From assembly GCA_038204425.1 (NCBI GenBank), contig JBBRCZ010000013.1:25289-89288 (forward strand): a stretch of 64,000 nt of DNA, in the 5' to 3' direction. This document shows positions 54,787 to 64,000 of the stretch, one piece after another (within the stretch, counting starts at the first letter, position 1; each line of letters begins with the position of its first letter). Position numbers and translations under genes: made by a program. The DNA is from Spirochaetia bacterium. Lineage in GTDB: Bacteria; Spirochaetota; Spirochaetia; DSM-27196; Salinispiraceae. The notes below the pieces were generated by a model. It worked only from the letters and a program-made list of their open reading frames with translations. It was not told the origin of the DNA and ran no database searches.

Positions 54787-55503
54787 ATGGCTTATGTTAG
54801 TCCACCCTACATTGTAGCCCGCAAACGGCGCGTTAGATCACGCATCCTAGACAGTGCTGCCCAGCTTTTTGCTCAGAAAGGCTATGAGTCATGCAGTATT
54901 AAGGACATTGTTGCGCTTGCCTCAAGTTCGGTGGGCAACTGTTACTTCTATTTTAATAACAAAGAAGCTCTGCTTCGTGAAGCAACTAGGCGTTTATGCC
55001 GCCGCACCGATATCAAAATTAACAGAGCCGCCAAGGACTTTTACGATGCACCTTCCCGGATGGCAGCTTCGTTATGGATTGGCTCCTTTTTGATGGTTTC
55101 GTACCCAGCTTTGGCGCGTATGTTGTTTATTGAGGCTACTAAGACGGTCAACTCTCGCAATGAAGTACTACGTTTTTTGCAACGCCGGGTAGAGTTGAGC
55201 TTTTCGTATCGCAATACCATCCGCCGCCAATCACCTCGAAACACAGCTGCCGGTCTTCTGCGTGATCCTGCCTTTATCAAGGTGGTCTGGACGGGGGCTG
55301 TCTGGGGAGCTTTTGAGGCTGTGGCCAAAGGAGAACTCGCCCTCAGTGCCGAAGAACTGGGCCGCAAGCTTGTTTTTTGGAACCTTGGAGCCTTGAGTAT
55401 GCCGGCGGCAGAAATTGAACTCATTATAGAAAAGCTAAAAACGGGCATTAACACAGAACTAGACTTTGCACCTGACGCCGAAGAACGCTTCTTGACCCTA
55501 TAG
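54787..55503 (+). CDS. TetR/AcrR family transcriptional regulator
   Basis: RILDSAAQLFAQKGYESCSIKDIVALASSSVGNCYFYFNNKEAL HTH. Start set at ATG 54787. Confidence 0.92.
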   Translation: MAYVSPPYIVARKRRVRSRILDSAAQLFAQKGYESCSIKDIVALASSSVGNCYFYFNNKEALLREATRRLCRRTDIKINRAAKDFYDAPSRMAASLWIGSFLMVSYPALARMLFIEATKTVNSRNEVLRFLQRRVELSFSYRNTIRRQSPRNTAAGLLRDPAFIKVVWTGAVWGAFEAVAKGELALSAEELGRKLVFWNLGALSMPAAEIELIIEKLKTGINTELDFAPDAEERFLTL

Positions 55504-55506
55504 ACC

Positions 55507-55540
55507 AAAAAAGCCCACTGATTGCTGTTCAGTGAGCTTT
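55507..55540 (-). terminator. intrinsic terminator downstream of fabZ (possibly bidirectional)
   Basis: Minus-strand AAAGCUCACUGA-7-UCAGUGGGCUUUUUU. Confidence 0.75.
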
Positions 55541-55562
55541 GGCTCCAAGTGACTGGAACCTT

Positions 55563-55988
55563 TTATTGGGCGGGTTTATCACCAACCAAGCACATCCATT
55601 CCGCTTCTGCTGCCACGTCTTCGCCAACATAAGCAATGCCACTTTGTTTGATCATTCGTGGACCAACGCGTAGGTTTTTGATGACAAAACGAACCTTGTC
55701 ACCTGGAACAACTTGGCGACGAAACTTTACCTTGTCGATACTAGCAAAAAAGAAAAGCGCTTCACCCAAAACGCCGCTTTCTCGTACACCAGCGCCGCCG
55801 GTTTGCGCCATGGTTTCTACCAAAATTACACCAGGAACAACAGGGTAACCAGGAAAGTGGCCTTTAAAAAAAGGCTCTGCTGCTGTAAACGTTCTCACAC
55901 CAACAATTTCCTCTGCGCTTACCGAAAGTAACTCATCGACAAACAAAAAAGGATCTCGATGTGGCAACAATTGCTTGATATCGGTCAT
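55563..55988 (-). CDS. fabZ: 3-hydroxyacyl-ACP dehydratase
   Basis: LPHRDPFLFVD, FFKGHFPGYPVVPGVILVETMAQ and KFRRQVVPGD. Start ATG 55988 with GGAG RBS. Confidence 0.95.
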   Translation of the reverse strand: MTDIKQLLPHRDPFLFVDELLSVSAEEIVGVRTFTAAEPFFKGHFPGYPVVPGVILVETMAQTGGAGVRESGVLGEALFFFASIDKVKFRRQVVPGDKVRFVIKNLRVGPRMIKQSGIAYVGEDVAAEAEWMCLVGDKPAQ

Positions 55989-56146
55989 TCTTGACTCCAT
56001 AAAAGTGTTTTCAAAGGCAGAAGCAAGAGCTTTTACCTGAGTAATTTTAGCTATAGCAGGAATGTCAGTGCTTGACAAGGACAGCGTGCATGAGGTAATT
56101 AGCGGTTTACCAGTCTTTCCAGTCAGCGCCAAAGCGGTGCACTTCG

Positions 56147-56175
56147 TTGACAGCTTCGTGCTCTAATGGTAGCTT
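56147..56175 (+). promoter_or_regulatory. putative sigma70 promoter of the acc operon
   Basis: TTGACA-17-TAGCTT with a TG extension. Confidence 0.45.
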
Positions 56176-56251
56176 GACGCGGACTATAATTGCCCTGAAA
56201 TGGTCGGCTTGTAGAACGGCCAGAGCAGTATCCATCTAGGAGGAATTTCCC

Positions 56252-56710
56252 ATGAACCTTAAAGATATTTTTGAACTTATGGACAAGTTTGACCAAAGCA
56301 ACCTAAGCGAGATGGAAGTACAGATTGCCGAAAGTGCAGTCAGCTTCAAAAAGCCAGGTCCAGCGCCGCTAATTGCAGCACCTCAGTACTACGGTGCACC
56401 CATGCAAGCTGCACCTCAAGTCGCTGGTGCTCCCCTAGCTGATGCTGCTTCAAATGCCACCAAAGAAGGCATTGAACTTATAACATCACCAATCGTTGGC
56501 ACCTTTTTCCGTTGTGCTGCTCCTGATACTCCTGCCTTTGTTGACGTAGGAACTAAAGTAGAAGACGGCGGTACTTTGTGTATTATCGAGGCCATGAAGA
56601 TAATGAACCGCCTTGAGTCCGAGTTTAAGCTGGAAGTCATCTCCATTTTGGCCACCAATGGTCAGATGGTTGAGTTTGGAACACCATTGTTTGAGGTCAA
56701 GCGCGTATGA
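56252..56710 (+). CDS. accB: biotin carboxyl carrier protein
   Basis: SPIVGTFF and EAMKIMN (biotinyl-Lys). AGGAGG RBS. Confidence 0.96.
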   Translation: MNLKDIFELMDKFDQSNLSEMEVQIAESAVSFKKPGPAPLIAAPQYYGAPMQAAPQVAGAPLADAASNATKEGIELITSPIVGTFFRCAAPDTPAFVDVGTKVEDGGTLCIIEAMKIMNRLESEFKLEVISILATNGQMVEFGTPLFEVKRV

Positions 56711-58032
56711 TCAAGTCAATCTTGATTGCCAACCGCGGCGAAATCGCAGTACGGGTTATCCGTGCCTGCCGCGAAATGGGCATCAAGGCCGTTATGGTCT
56801 ACTCAGAGGCCGACAAGGATTCATTACCTGTCAAAATGGCCGACGAAGCCGTCTGCATCGGTCCCGCGCCCTCTCGTGACAGCTATCTAAACTGGAAGAA
56901 TATAATCGCGGCAGCCAGTCTCACCCACGTTGACGCCATTCATCCAGGTGTCGGGTTCTTAAGCGAAAACGCCGACTTTGCCACCGAAGTAATTAAGGCT
57001 GGCTTTATTTTTATTGGTCCCAATCCAGAGACCATCTCTCGTATGGGAGACAAAGTAGAGGCCAAGAATACTGCCAAAGCCTATGGCGTTCCCCTTATTC
57101 CAGGTGTCATCGGCAGCATAACAGACTACGACGAAGCCCGTAAAACGGCTGATGAAATGGGGTACCCAGTAATCATTAAAGCAGCCTCAGGCGGTGGCGG
57201 CAAGGGTATGCGCATCGTTTGGAAAAATGAAGACTTAGAAGAAAGCATTAAGATTGCCTCATCGGAAGCCGAAAAATCTTTTTCTGACCGCACGGTCTAC
57301 ATGGAAAAGTATCTGCAAAATCCACGACATATTGAGTTGCAGTTGATTGGTGATACCTTTGGCAACGTGGTTCACTTGGGTGAACGCGATTGTACCGTAC
57401 AAGAAAACCATCAAAAGCTGGTCGAGGAAGCACCAAGCCCTATCGTTTCTCAAGAAATGCGAGAGCAGATGGGTGAGTGTGCAGTTAGGCTCTTTAAGGG
57501 TCTGCGCTACCATGGCGCTGGAACCATAGAGTTTTTGGTAGTCGACAATAAGTTCTACTTTATGGAAGTCAACGCTCGCATCCAAGTTGAGCATCCGGTG
57601 ACAGAGTTAGTTACTGGGATAGACCTCATCCGAGAACAGATCCGTGTCTGTGCAGGCGAAAAACTTTCTTTTAGCCAAGAGGATATCAAGATCCGTGGCT
57701 ACGCTTGTGAAGTCCGTCTGAATGCAAAGGGCGCCGGTTTGATCAAGAACTACCTACCGGCAGGTGGATACGGTGTTCGCATAGACAGTTTTCTCTATAC
57801 TGGTTACAAAGTCAGCCCGCACTATGATTCTATGTTGGCCAAGGTTTTGGTCCATGCTAATGACCGCACAGAAGGCCTCAATCGCATGAATCGCGTTCTT
57901 GATGAAATGATTATTGATGGCGTGCCCACCAACATAGACACTCAAAAGGTAATTATCAACTCTAAGGTGTTTCGTTCAGGAATTTACGGCACTGATGTAC
58001 TCAAGACTATCCTTGAGGAGGTTAAAAAATAA
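56707..58032 (+). CDS. accC: biotin carboxylase
   Basis: ANRGEIA, GGGGKGMR, HLGERDC, EVNARIQVEHPVTE and YDSMLAK motifs. Confidence 0.96.
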   Translation: MIKSILIANRGEIAVRVIRACREMGIKAVMVYSEADKDSLPVKMADEAVCIGPAPSRDSYLNWKNIIAAASLTHVDAIHPGVGFLSENADFATEVIKAGFIFIGPNPETISRMGDKVEAKNTAKAYGVPLIPGVIGSITDYDEARKTADEMGYPVIIKAASGGGGKGMRIVWKNEDLEESIKIASSEAEKSFSDRTVYMEKYLQNPRHIELQLIGDTFGNVVHLGERDCTVQENHQKLVEEAPSPIVSQEMREQMGECAVRLFKGLRYHGAGTIEFLVVDNKFYFMEVNARIQVEHPVTELVTGIDLIREQIRVCAGEKLSFSQEDIKIRGYACEVRLNAKGAGLIKNYLPAGGYGVRIDSFLYTGYKVSPHYDSMLAKVLVHANDRTEGLNRMNRVLDEMIIDGVPTNIDTQKVIINSKVFRSGIYGTDVLKTILEEVKK

Positions 58033-58919
58033 TGGCCACAAACTCGCAGTCAATTGGCGAATTTTTTCGCCGAATAATGTTTATTCCCAGTCGGGCCCTT
58101 AAGCAGGCAAACCGGGACGAACGTTTTTTTGTAAAAAAAGAACATATGTGTTCAAGCTGTGGTTTTCACTTGGACGACGAAAAATTTTTTGAAAATGAAT
58201 ACGTTTGTTATAATTGCAACCATCATTTTCGCATAAGCATAGAAGAGCGCATGCAGTTCCTTGCCGATAACGCCCAGTACGAAGAATTTGATACAGGCAT
58301 CACCAGTTCTAATCCACTCGACTTCCCTGATTACGACGACAAATTAACACAAGCTCGCAACAAAACTGGCTGTGAAGATGCTATCAAGAACTTTCTTTGC
58401 AAGATTGGCGGCAAGGACGTTGTAGTAATTATAATGAACTTTGCCTTTATGGGTGGTAGCATGGGCTCGGTTGTGGGCGAAAAGATCACACGAGCTATGT
58501 TGATGGCAGCCGAACAGCGCTTGCCAACTATCCTCTTTACTGCATCGGGTGGAGCGCGTATGCAAGAAGGCATATTTTCGCTGATGCAAATGCCCAAAAC
58601 CAGCCACGCGATAGCGCTGCTCGAGCAAGAGGGCCTGCCTTACTTTGTAGTCTTGACCGACCCAACTACCGGTGGAGTTACCGCCAGTTTTGCAATGCTT
58701 GGTGACGTAATCTTGGCCGAACCAGGCGCCTTAATCGGCTTTGCTGGGCCGCGAGTTATTGAAGGCACTATCAAACAAAAGCTGCCCGAGGGTTTTCAAA
58801 AGTCTGAATTTCAATTGCAAAAAGGCTTTGTGGACATGGTTGTTGACCGCAAAGAACTGCGTCGTACTTTGAGTTTTCTTATCGACGGCTACATGAATGT
58901 TCAGGGGGTGCGCAAATGA
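58032..58919 (+). CDS. accD: acetyl-CoA carboxyltransferase beta subunit
   Basis: CSSC...CYNC zinc finger, GGSMGSVVGEK, SGGARMQEG and PTTGGVTASFA. Confidence 0.96.
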   Translation: MATNSQSIGEFFRRIMFIPSRALKQANRDERFFVKKEHMCSSCGFHLDDEKFFENEYVCYNCNHHFRISIEERMQFLADNAQYEEFDTGITSSNPLDFPDYDDKLTQARNKTGCEDAIKNFLCKIGGKDVVVIIMNFAFMGGSMGSVVGEKITRAMLMAAEQRLPTILFTASGGARMQEGIFSLMQMPKTSHAIALLEQEGLPYFVVLTDPTTGGVTASFAMLGDVILAEPGALIGFAGPRVIEGTIKQKLPEGFQKSEFQLQKGFVDMVVDRKELRRTLSFLIDGYMNVQGVRK

Positions 58920-59899
58920 GCGAAATTCAAAAAAAGATCGCTGAGCTAAAAGAACTAGCTGCCCGTGAGAACCTGGACATTAGTGATGATTTGTCCCGCA
59001 TAGGTGCCAAAGTGCAGAGTGCCAGCAACAACATCGGCCCGCTTACAGCTTGGCAACGTGTCCAGTTTGCGCGCTCACCCGACAGACCCACAACGCTGGA
59101 CTACATTCAACGAATTTCAGAACAGTACGTTGAGCTGCACGGCGACCGAGCCTTTGGCGACGACCCCGCCATGGTGGGTGGTATAGCGCGCATTAGCGGC
59201 ATAGCTTTTACCTTTATTGGCCATCAAAAGGGCAAGAACATGAAGGAGAACCTGCGCCGCAATGGTGGCATGGCTCACCCAGAAGGCTATAGAAAGGCAC
59301 TGAGACTTGCGCAGCAAGCCGAACGTTTCCATAGGCCAATTATTACCTTTATTGACACGGCAGGCGCCTTTCCAGGAGTAGCCAGTGAAGAACGAGGCAT
59401 CTCCGAAGCTATTGCCCGCAATATGAAGATCTTTTCTACCATAAAGACACCCATAATTTGTATTGTCTGTGGCGAAGGTGGATCCGGTGGCGCAATTGGT
59501 ATTGGTGTTGGCGACCGCGTCTACATGCTAGAAAACGCCTACTACGCTGTAATTACACCGGAAGGTTGTGCTTCTATTCTGCTGCGCGACGCCAGAGAAG
59601 CGCCTACTGCGGCCGGAATTATGAAACTAACCAGCTTTGACCTCAAGAGTTTTGGTATCATTGATGCAATTATCCCGGAACCACCGATGGGAGCTCAGTC
59701 AGACCGAGACTTGATGGCATCCAATGTTAAAGAGACCATTATGGCCGCCTACCGTGAGTTGTCACAAAAACGGCCAGATGTCCTTCTCAAAGAGCGTTCA
59801 CGACGTATCCTCGAGTATGGAGTCTTTAACGACGATTCCGACCAAAAAAGCCGCAAAGAGGGCTTCTTTAAGCGCCTCTTTAGTTGGGGACAGAGCTAA
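58916..59899 (+). CDS. accA: acetyl-CoA carboxyltransferase alpha subunit
   Basis: ELHGDRAFGDD, PEGYRKALR, FIDTAGA and GEGGSGGA motifs. Confidence 0.96.
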   Translation: MSEIQKKIAELKELAARENLDISDDLSRIGAKVQSASNNIGPLTAWQRVQFARSPDRPTTLDYIQRISEQYVELHGDRAFGDDPAMVGGIARISGIAFTFIGHQKGKNMKENLRRNGGMAHPEGYRKALRLAQQAERFHRPIITFIDTAGAFPGVASEERGISEAIARNMKIFSTIKTPIICIVCGEGGSGGAIGIGVGDRVYMLENAYYAVITPEGCASILLRDAREAPTAAGIMKLTSFDLKSFGIIDAIIPEPPMGAQSDRDLMASNVKETIMAAYRELSQKRPDVLLKERSRRILEYGVFNDDSDQKSRKEGFFKRLFSWGQS

Positions 59900-59900
59900 A

Positions 59901-59942
59901 GCAGCAAAAAAAAACGCCGATATCCGGCGTTTTTTTTGCTGC
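59901..59942. terminator. bidirectional intrinsic terminator
   Basis: GCAGC-A9-CGCCG-ATATC-CGGCG-T8-GCTGC between the convergent accA and TlpA-family genes. Confidence 0.9.
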
Positions 59943-59964
59943 AGCACTGGCAATGCTGTGCGTG

Positions 59965-60582
59965 CTACTTTTTTGCGAGCAATTCCTTTACTACTTGTCT
60001 AACGGCTGGACTGTTCCAGTCATGAAGACCAATTTTTCCTGCTACCACGACGCCGTTGGGATCAATAAGGTAAGTTGTCGGTATTGAGGCGATTTGGTAC
60101 AGTTCGCCAGCCACATTGTCTTGGTCCACAAGAATAGAAAAACTGTAGGGGTTGGACTTTACAAAGTTGTTAACGGTTGCTGCATCCTCGCCAGTACTCA
60201 CCGCTAACATGGCCAAGCCCGTGTTCTTAAAGTCTTTCCACAGAGCTTCCATAGAAGGCATCTCAACACGGCATGGTGGGCACCAAGTAGCCCAAAAGTT
60301 GAGGATCACCCAACGGCCCTTAAAAGATGAAAGCTTTACCGCTTTGCCTGCTAAGTCTGCAACCGTAAAGTCAGGCGCAGTGGGTTTGGCTGCCACCTCT
60401 GAGAGACCCATAGCCTTGATCTGTTGTGCGCTAATGTTAGCTTTAGAGCTACTCTGAATCGTTGGATTGGTGGCGTTTGTCTGGCTAGACAAAAGAACTA
60501 CGCCGCTCAACAAAGTGCTTATCAATATAAACGTAACGAAATTGAGCCGATTTTTTTTGGTCTTGGAATGGATCATGAACAC
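59965..60582 (-). CDS. TlpA-family thiol-disulfide oxidoreductase
   Basis: TM/signal, APDFT, LNFWATWCPPC and IPTTYLID. Confidence 0.93.
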   Translation of the reverse strand: MFMIHSKTKKNRLNFVTFILISTLLSGVVLLSSQTNATNPTIQSSSKANISAQQIKAMGLSEVAAKPTAPDFTVADLAGKAVKLSSFKGRWVILNFWATWCPPCRVEMPSMEALWKDFKNTGLAMLAVSTGEDAATVNNFVKSNPYSFSILVDQDNVAGELYQIASIPTTYLIDPNGVVVAGKIGLHDWNSPAVRQVVKELLAKK

Positions 60583-60674
60583 CGCCTTGTTTTAAAATAG
60601 ATTAACAAAAATCTATATATACCATAACGCATATTCTGAAAAAGTAAAGTCTATTTTACATTACGTTCAATACA

Positions 60675-62185
60675 TTAGGGCATCATTGCTACAAAAGACG
60701 TCGTTGCTATCGAATAGTTGCGCAGCACCAGAGTGTAGCTATTGTCGAGACTGCTAAGAATCATAGCATAGGAAAACATCAACCTGGCCTCATCACCACT
60801 ATAGTACTCGTACAAAAAGGTCAGGTTGCCGGTTTCCATAGTTGGCCTCCATAACGATGGATCGACAACGCTCCCGTTGGAACCAATATAGGCCCAGCGG
60901 CCATCAACTAGTCCAAGTATGGTGCCATCACTTAGAACTCGCTGGATTGACCCTGGCAAAGTTCCTGGTATAGTTGGAGCTGGGTTTGTTGTCGGAAAAA
61001 GGGCCTTCTCACTAGCTGAGCCCATCTGTGAGTACGCTTGCCAAGCAGGAACACCAGCAAGGCTAAGGTATTGTGACATAAACGTTGTTTGTGGGGTGTA
61101 ACCAGCGTTTGCTATAGAGTGTGTCCCAGTCAGCCAGTCTGTATTTGCAATTTGCTTGTACTAGCTGTAAAAACGGATGTCGAATTAAAGTCGTCTGGCA
61201 GAGTGTTAGAAAATGGCCACCAAGGGCTTGTAGTGTCAGTAACTTCAGGCAAGCTAACTTGCACTAGACCTTGGATAGAAACTGAATTGACCGTATGAGT
61301 ATACAAGGATAAAGTCTCTGTTGTTTGCAAGCTGATCAAGCTGATCAAGCGATAGTCTATAAAATCTGCGCCACGTACTGGTGGAAGACTGCCAATACCT
61401 ACAACCCAGTCTTTAGTGGACGCAGACCCATCTCTGAGATCGTCAACAAACTGAATGGGTAGTTCTGTTGCTTTGGTTGTAGGGCCTGAGTCTATCAGCG
61501 GTATACGATCAGGAAGGCTTAGTATCCACTTGGCCCCCAAGGTGTTGAGTTGCGTGGAAGCAAAACCCACTATGCCCAGCTGGGCACTTTGGCTAGCCGA
61601 ATCACGCCCAACTAACTGCACACTGTATGAGCTTGTGTTGTTGTCGGCAATATAGATTGGCACAAAAGAGTAGGGGGCAGTGCTGGCTGAGTTAGGGTTG
61701 AGCAAGGTATAGGCGTCAAGACTCCGCGAGGTACCATTGTTGTCGGGTAACCTAAATGCATAGATGCCGTATCTTGAGTCGTCATCGCTTAGGCTGGCAA
61801 AGCGGTGCGTAGTGTAGAGGCTTAAGTTTTCTGATTCGCTACCGTTGTCAGAGTCGCTCGTTTTAAAAATATTGAGCTGGGCGCTTTGTCTGGGAATAAG
61901 TAAGATGCGTTGCCCCGTGTTGTGGTGCTTGACGAGTAGTGGCAAAAAGCTCGGTTCTATACTGGTTTTGTCCAGTCTGGGTCGGTTTTTGGATCGGATA
62001 CCTTCCAGCTTTACTTCTCCTTCTTTGGTCATGGCGGCCAAGAGCGCAAAGTTTTGACGGTACTGATCTGGTACCACCAGAGGAAACCCGCATGCCAATG
62101 TTAAAGCAGCAAGTGATGCAAGAGACAATAAAAGCATCACTATACTGAGGCCCAAAGTCAAACGAAGGTTTGGTGTTTTGTTCAT
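60675..62185 (-). pseudogene. putative lipoprotein (about 500 aa) split by a 1-nt deletion near 61150
   Basis: LTLAC lipobox. ORF1 ends at 61130, while the frame of the 60675-61079 ORF is already open from about 61160 (IANTDWLTGTHS...) with no RBS before its ATG. Span 1511 nt = 3n+2. Confidence 0.6.
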
Positions 62186-63504
62186 GGTTGTATCCGTATT
62201 CCCATTCTAAAATGAAGTGGCTCAAACACAAAAGGCCCAAGTGCTGCTGCGATGTTGCCTGGGCTTATCGATGTCTGATTGTTAGTGAGGTTTTGGTAGT
62301 GGAGCGCCGACAGGACCAGATCGGGATCGGCACTGTAAGTGAGCATAGGAACAAGCTCGGCAAAAAAACTTATATTTTTGCTGAGGTTCAGTTCTAGACC
62401 CAATGGGATTTGAAAGAAGACTGGGCTAATTTCATCTAAGCCGCCATTGCTGCCTGTATAAAAGTTGAGTCCCAGCCCCAAGCCCAGTCTAAAACGCAAA
62501 AGATCGCTGGCAGAACCAAACAGATAATGTCCGTCTAAGTAAGTCGAAATGCGCTTAAAATCCTTAATCAGGCTTGAATCGGTGCTCAAAGGGCTACTTG
62601 GAACAAAGCCAATAACATAGAGGTCAAAACCCAAGCGCAGACGCCAGTTGTCGTCAAGTTGTAGATTGATTGCCGGAGCTAGGAAGCTTAGCCAATGCAA
62701 ACCAAGGTCAAAGCTGAGCGGAAAGACGCTCTCACCTAAGTAGTCGAGTTCTAGCTTTTGATCTACAAAAACCAAGTGTCGCTCAACCTGCATGCCTTTT
62801 TGATAGATGGTGACACCTAGGGTTATGCCTGAGGGAGTTTCCATTACAAGGCCACCACTCTGGTCTACTATTGCATCGAGCGAGCCGGCCAAGACTCTTG
62901 TCCCGGCTGGTGCCCTAACAGTTACGGCAGCGGCATCGCTTATTCTTTGTGAAAAAGGTACGAGCATGGCGGCTATTTGCTGCCAAAGGCCGCCAAAGGC
63001 ATTACGAAAGCGACTGTCTATTTTGGCGCTTAGTTCCGTAGTCGCTAGTAAGTTTTTGTTGCTGATGTCTTGATACTGGGCTTTGATGGTAGCAAGCTCC
63101 ATGGAGCCTGCGACCACAATGTGCAGGTAGGCATCTGCTCCCATCAATTGGGCACTGGCAAGCAGATCTGTTGCTTCTGGTATTCCTAGTAAAAATGCAT
63201 TGCGCAGCACGTAATTGCCATGAGCATCCTGGATCTTGAGTTCCAAACTTTCCATCAAAAGGCTTTTTTCTGATTCTTCAAAACGGGCTTGTTTATCAAA
63301 GCCAATCAACAAGGCAATAATGCGTGGTCGCAAATTTGCGGACTGCCCATCCAAGCTGACTTGGTAGCGAATATAACTCGCAGGCACTTGAGCCTCGGCA
63401 ACCGCAGGCTCCTCCTGAGCATAGGTAACGGCATTAGCAAATATAAAGAAAAATGCGGCGCAGAGCGGGACAATGGCTTTGAGAATCGTCTTGTTAGTGT
63501 TCAT
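62182..63504 (-). CDS. exported protein, probable periplasmic/PEGA-like domains plus C-terminal outer-membrane beta-barrel
   Basis: Signal peptide and amphipathic beta-strands (FDLGLHW, RLRLGFD, RFRLGLGLG, GLELNL, FRMGIRI). ATGA overlaps at both ends. Confidence 0.72.
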   Translation of the reverse strand: MNTNKTILKAIVPLCAAFFFIFANAVTYAQEEPAVAEAQVPASYIRYQVSLDGQSANLRPRIIALLIGFDKQARFEESEKSLLMESLELKIQDAHGNYVLRNAFLLGIPEATDLLASAQLMGADAYLHIVVAGSMELATIKAQYQDISNKNLLATTELSAKIDSRFRNAFGGLWQQIAAMLVPFSQRISDAAAVTVRAPAGTRVLAGSLDAIVDQSGGLVMETPSGITLGVTIYQKGMQVERHLVFVDQKLELDYLGESVFPLSFDLGLHWLSFLAPAINLQLDDNWRLRLGFDLYVIGFVPSSPLSTDSSLIKDFKRISTYLDGHYLFGSASDLLRFRLGLGLGLNFYTGSNGGLDEISPVFFQIPLGLELNLSKNISFFAELVPMLTYSADPDLVLSALHYQNLTNNQTSISPGNIAAALGPFVFEPLHFRMGIRIQP

Positions 63505-64000
63505 GGTAACCACCAAGCGCGGTTGACGTCCAGCGTGCTAGTTAGCGGATCCCAGTTGAGCCACTGCGTGCTGTCACCCAGAAACATAGGGGGCGAGTCA
63601 TAGGCAGGCACTGGAGCATCTGCGGTGTTTTTGGAGGCTGGTATCGGTAAGACGCCACTTGGTACTCCATCCTGATTGTCACTTGTCCAAAACACCATAT
63701 ACCTAAGCTTGCCCGTGCGGTTACTAAGAGCAAAGCCCCCGCTTACCAGCCCCAATGAATACAAACCATTATCACCTGACAAGACCTCGTTGCCTGCACT
63801 GCCCGAGTAGGGCGCATTAAAAACTTTTTCTTGACTGTAGACTGTCAGGGGGACGTCTACTGGATCGGTGTTGAGTTGGCTCAAGGGCAGCCAAAACTCA
63901 AACAACTGGCTGGAGCTGGCAGCTGACCACATGCGGCCAACTACTCTCAAAACTTGACTGCTAGGACTTCCTGTTAGACTAGTGCTAACAATTTCCACTG
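63501..64000 (-). CDS. hypothetical protein, C-terminal part (runs off the right edge)
   Basis: Frame open to the window end. Stop overlaps the next ATG. Confidence 0.7.
   Translation of the reverse strand, partial: VEIVSTSLTGSPSSQVLRVVGRMWSAASSSQLFEFWLPLSQLNTDPVDVPLTVYSQEKVFNAPYSGSAGNEVLSGDNGLYSLGLVSGGFALSNRTGKLRYMVFWTSDNQDGVPSGVLPIPASKNTADAPVPAYDSPPMFLGDSTQWLNWDPLTSTLDVNRAWWLP

Noticed and set aside
21520..60616. ATAGA...TCTAT palindromes at 21520-21539, 54751-54777 and about 60597-60616 as one regulon
   Set aside because: The spacers differ (6, 7 and 10 nt) and the flanks do not match, so a shared regulator is unsupported.
61328..61350. CAAGCTGAT tandem duplication
   Set aside because: A short in-frame two-copy repeat (LISLISL) with no evident significance.

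Overview
Gene-dense bacterial chromosomal window, most likely from a free-living Spirochaetota member. This is inferred from the short spirochaete-type ParC, the dnaE-yggT-recG-rsmD order, the DPBB...SPOR protein and the many lipoproteins. Housekeeping genes are purK/purE, rsmD, recG, dnaE, asd, a pabB-pabC fusion, parC, ligA, fabZ and accBCDA. They are mixed with many signalling genes (2 diguanylate cyclases, a 7TM-DISM class III cyclase, 4 intact histidine kinases and 1 pseudokinase) and with envelope or secreted proteins. I recognised no rRNA, tRNA, CRISPR array, transposase, integrase or phage gene. The best candidate for an undescribed system is a tightly coupled operon at 30264-36802. 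It encodes a catalytically dead membrane histidine-kinase paralogue, an intact paralogous kinase whose ATP lid is replaced by a CHDCGHEHDCTDCNC metal-binding cluster, an exported protein of unknown function and a BtuFCD-like ABC importer, with no response regulator. Other highlights are a DnaE with a degenerate PHP proofreading site, a 1093-aa beta-helix/CBM6/ricin lipoprotein, a frameshifted secreted protein ending in a Tudor/chromo-barrel domain, a 14-bp periodic operator-like array, a TetR operator overlapping its own promoter and several leaderless-type promoters. All calls come from reading motifs by eye. No database searches were run.
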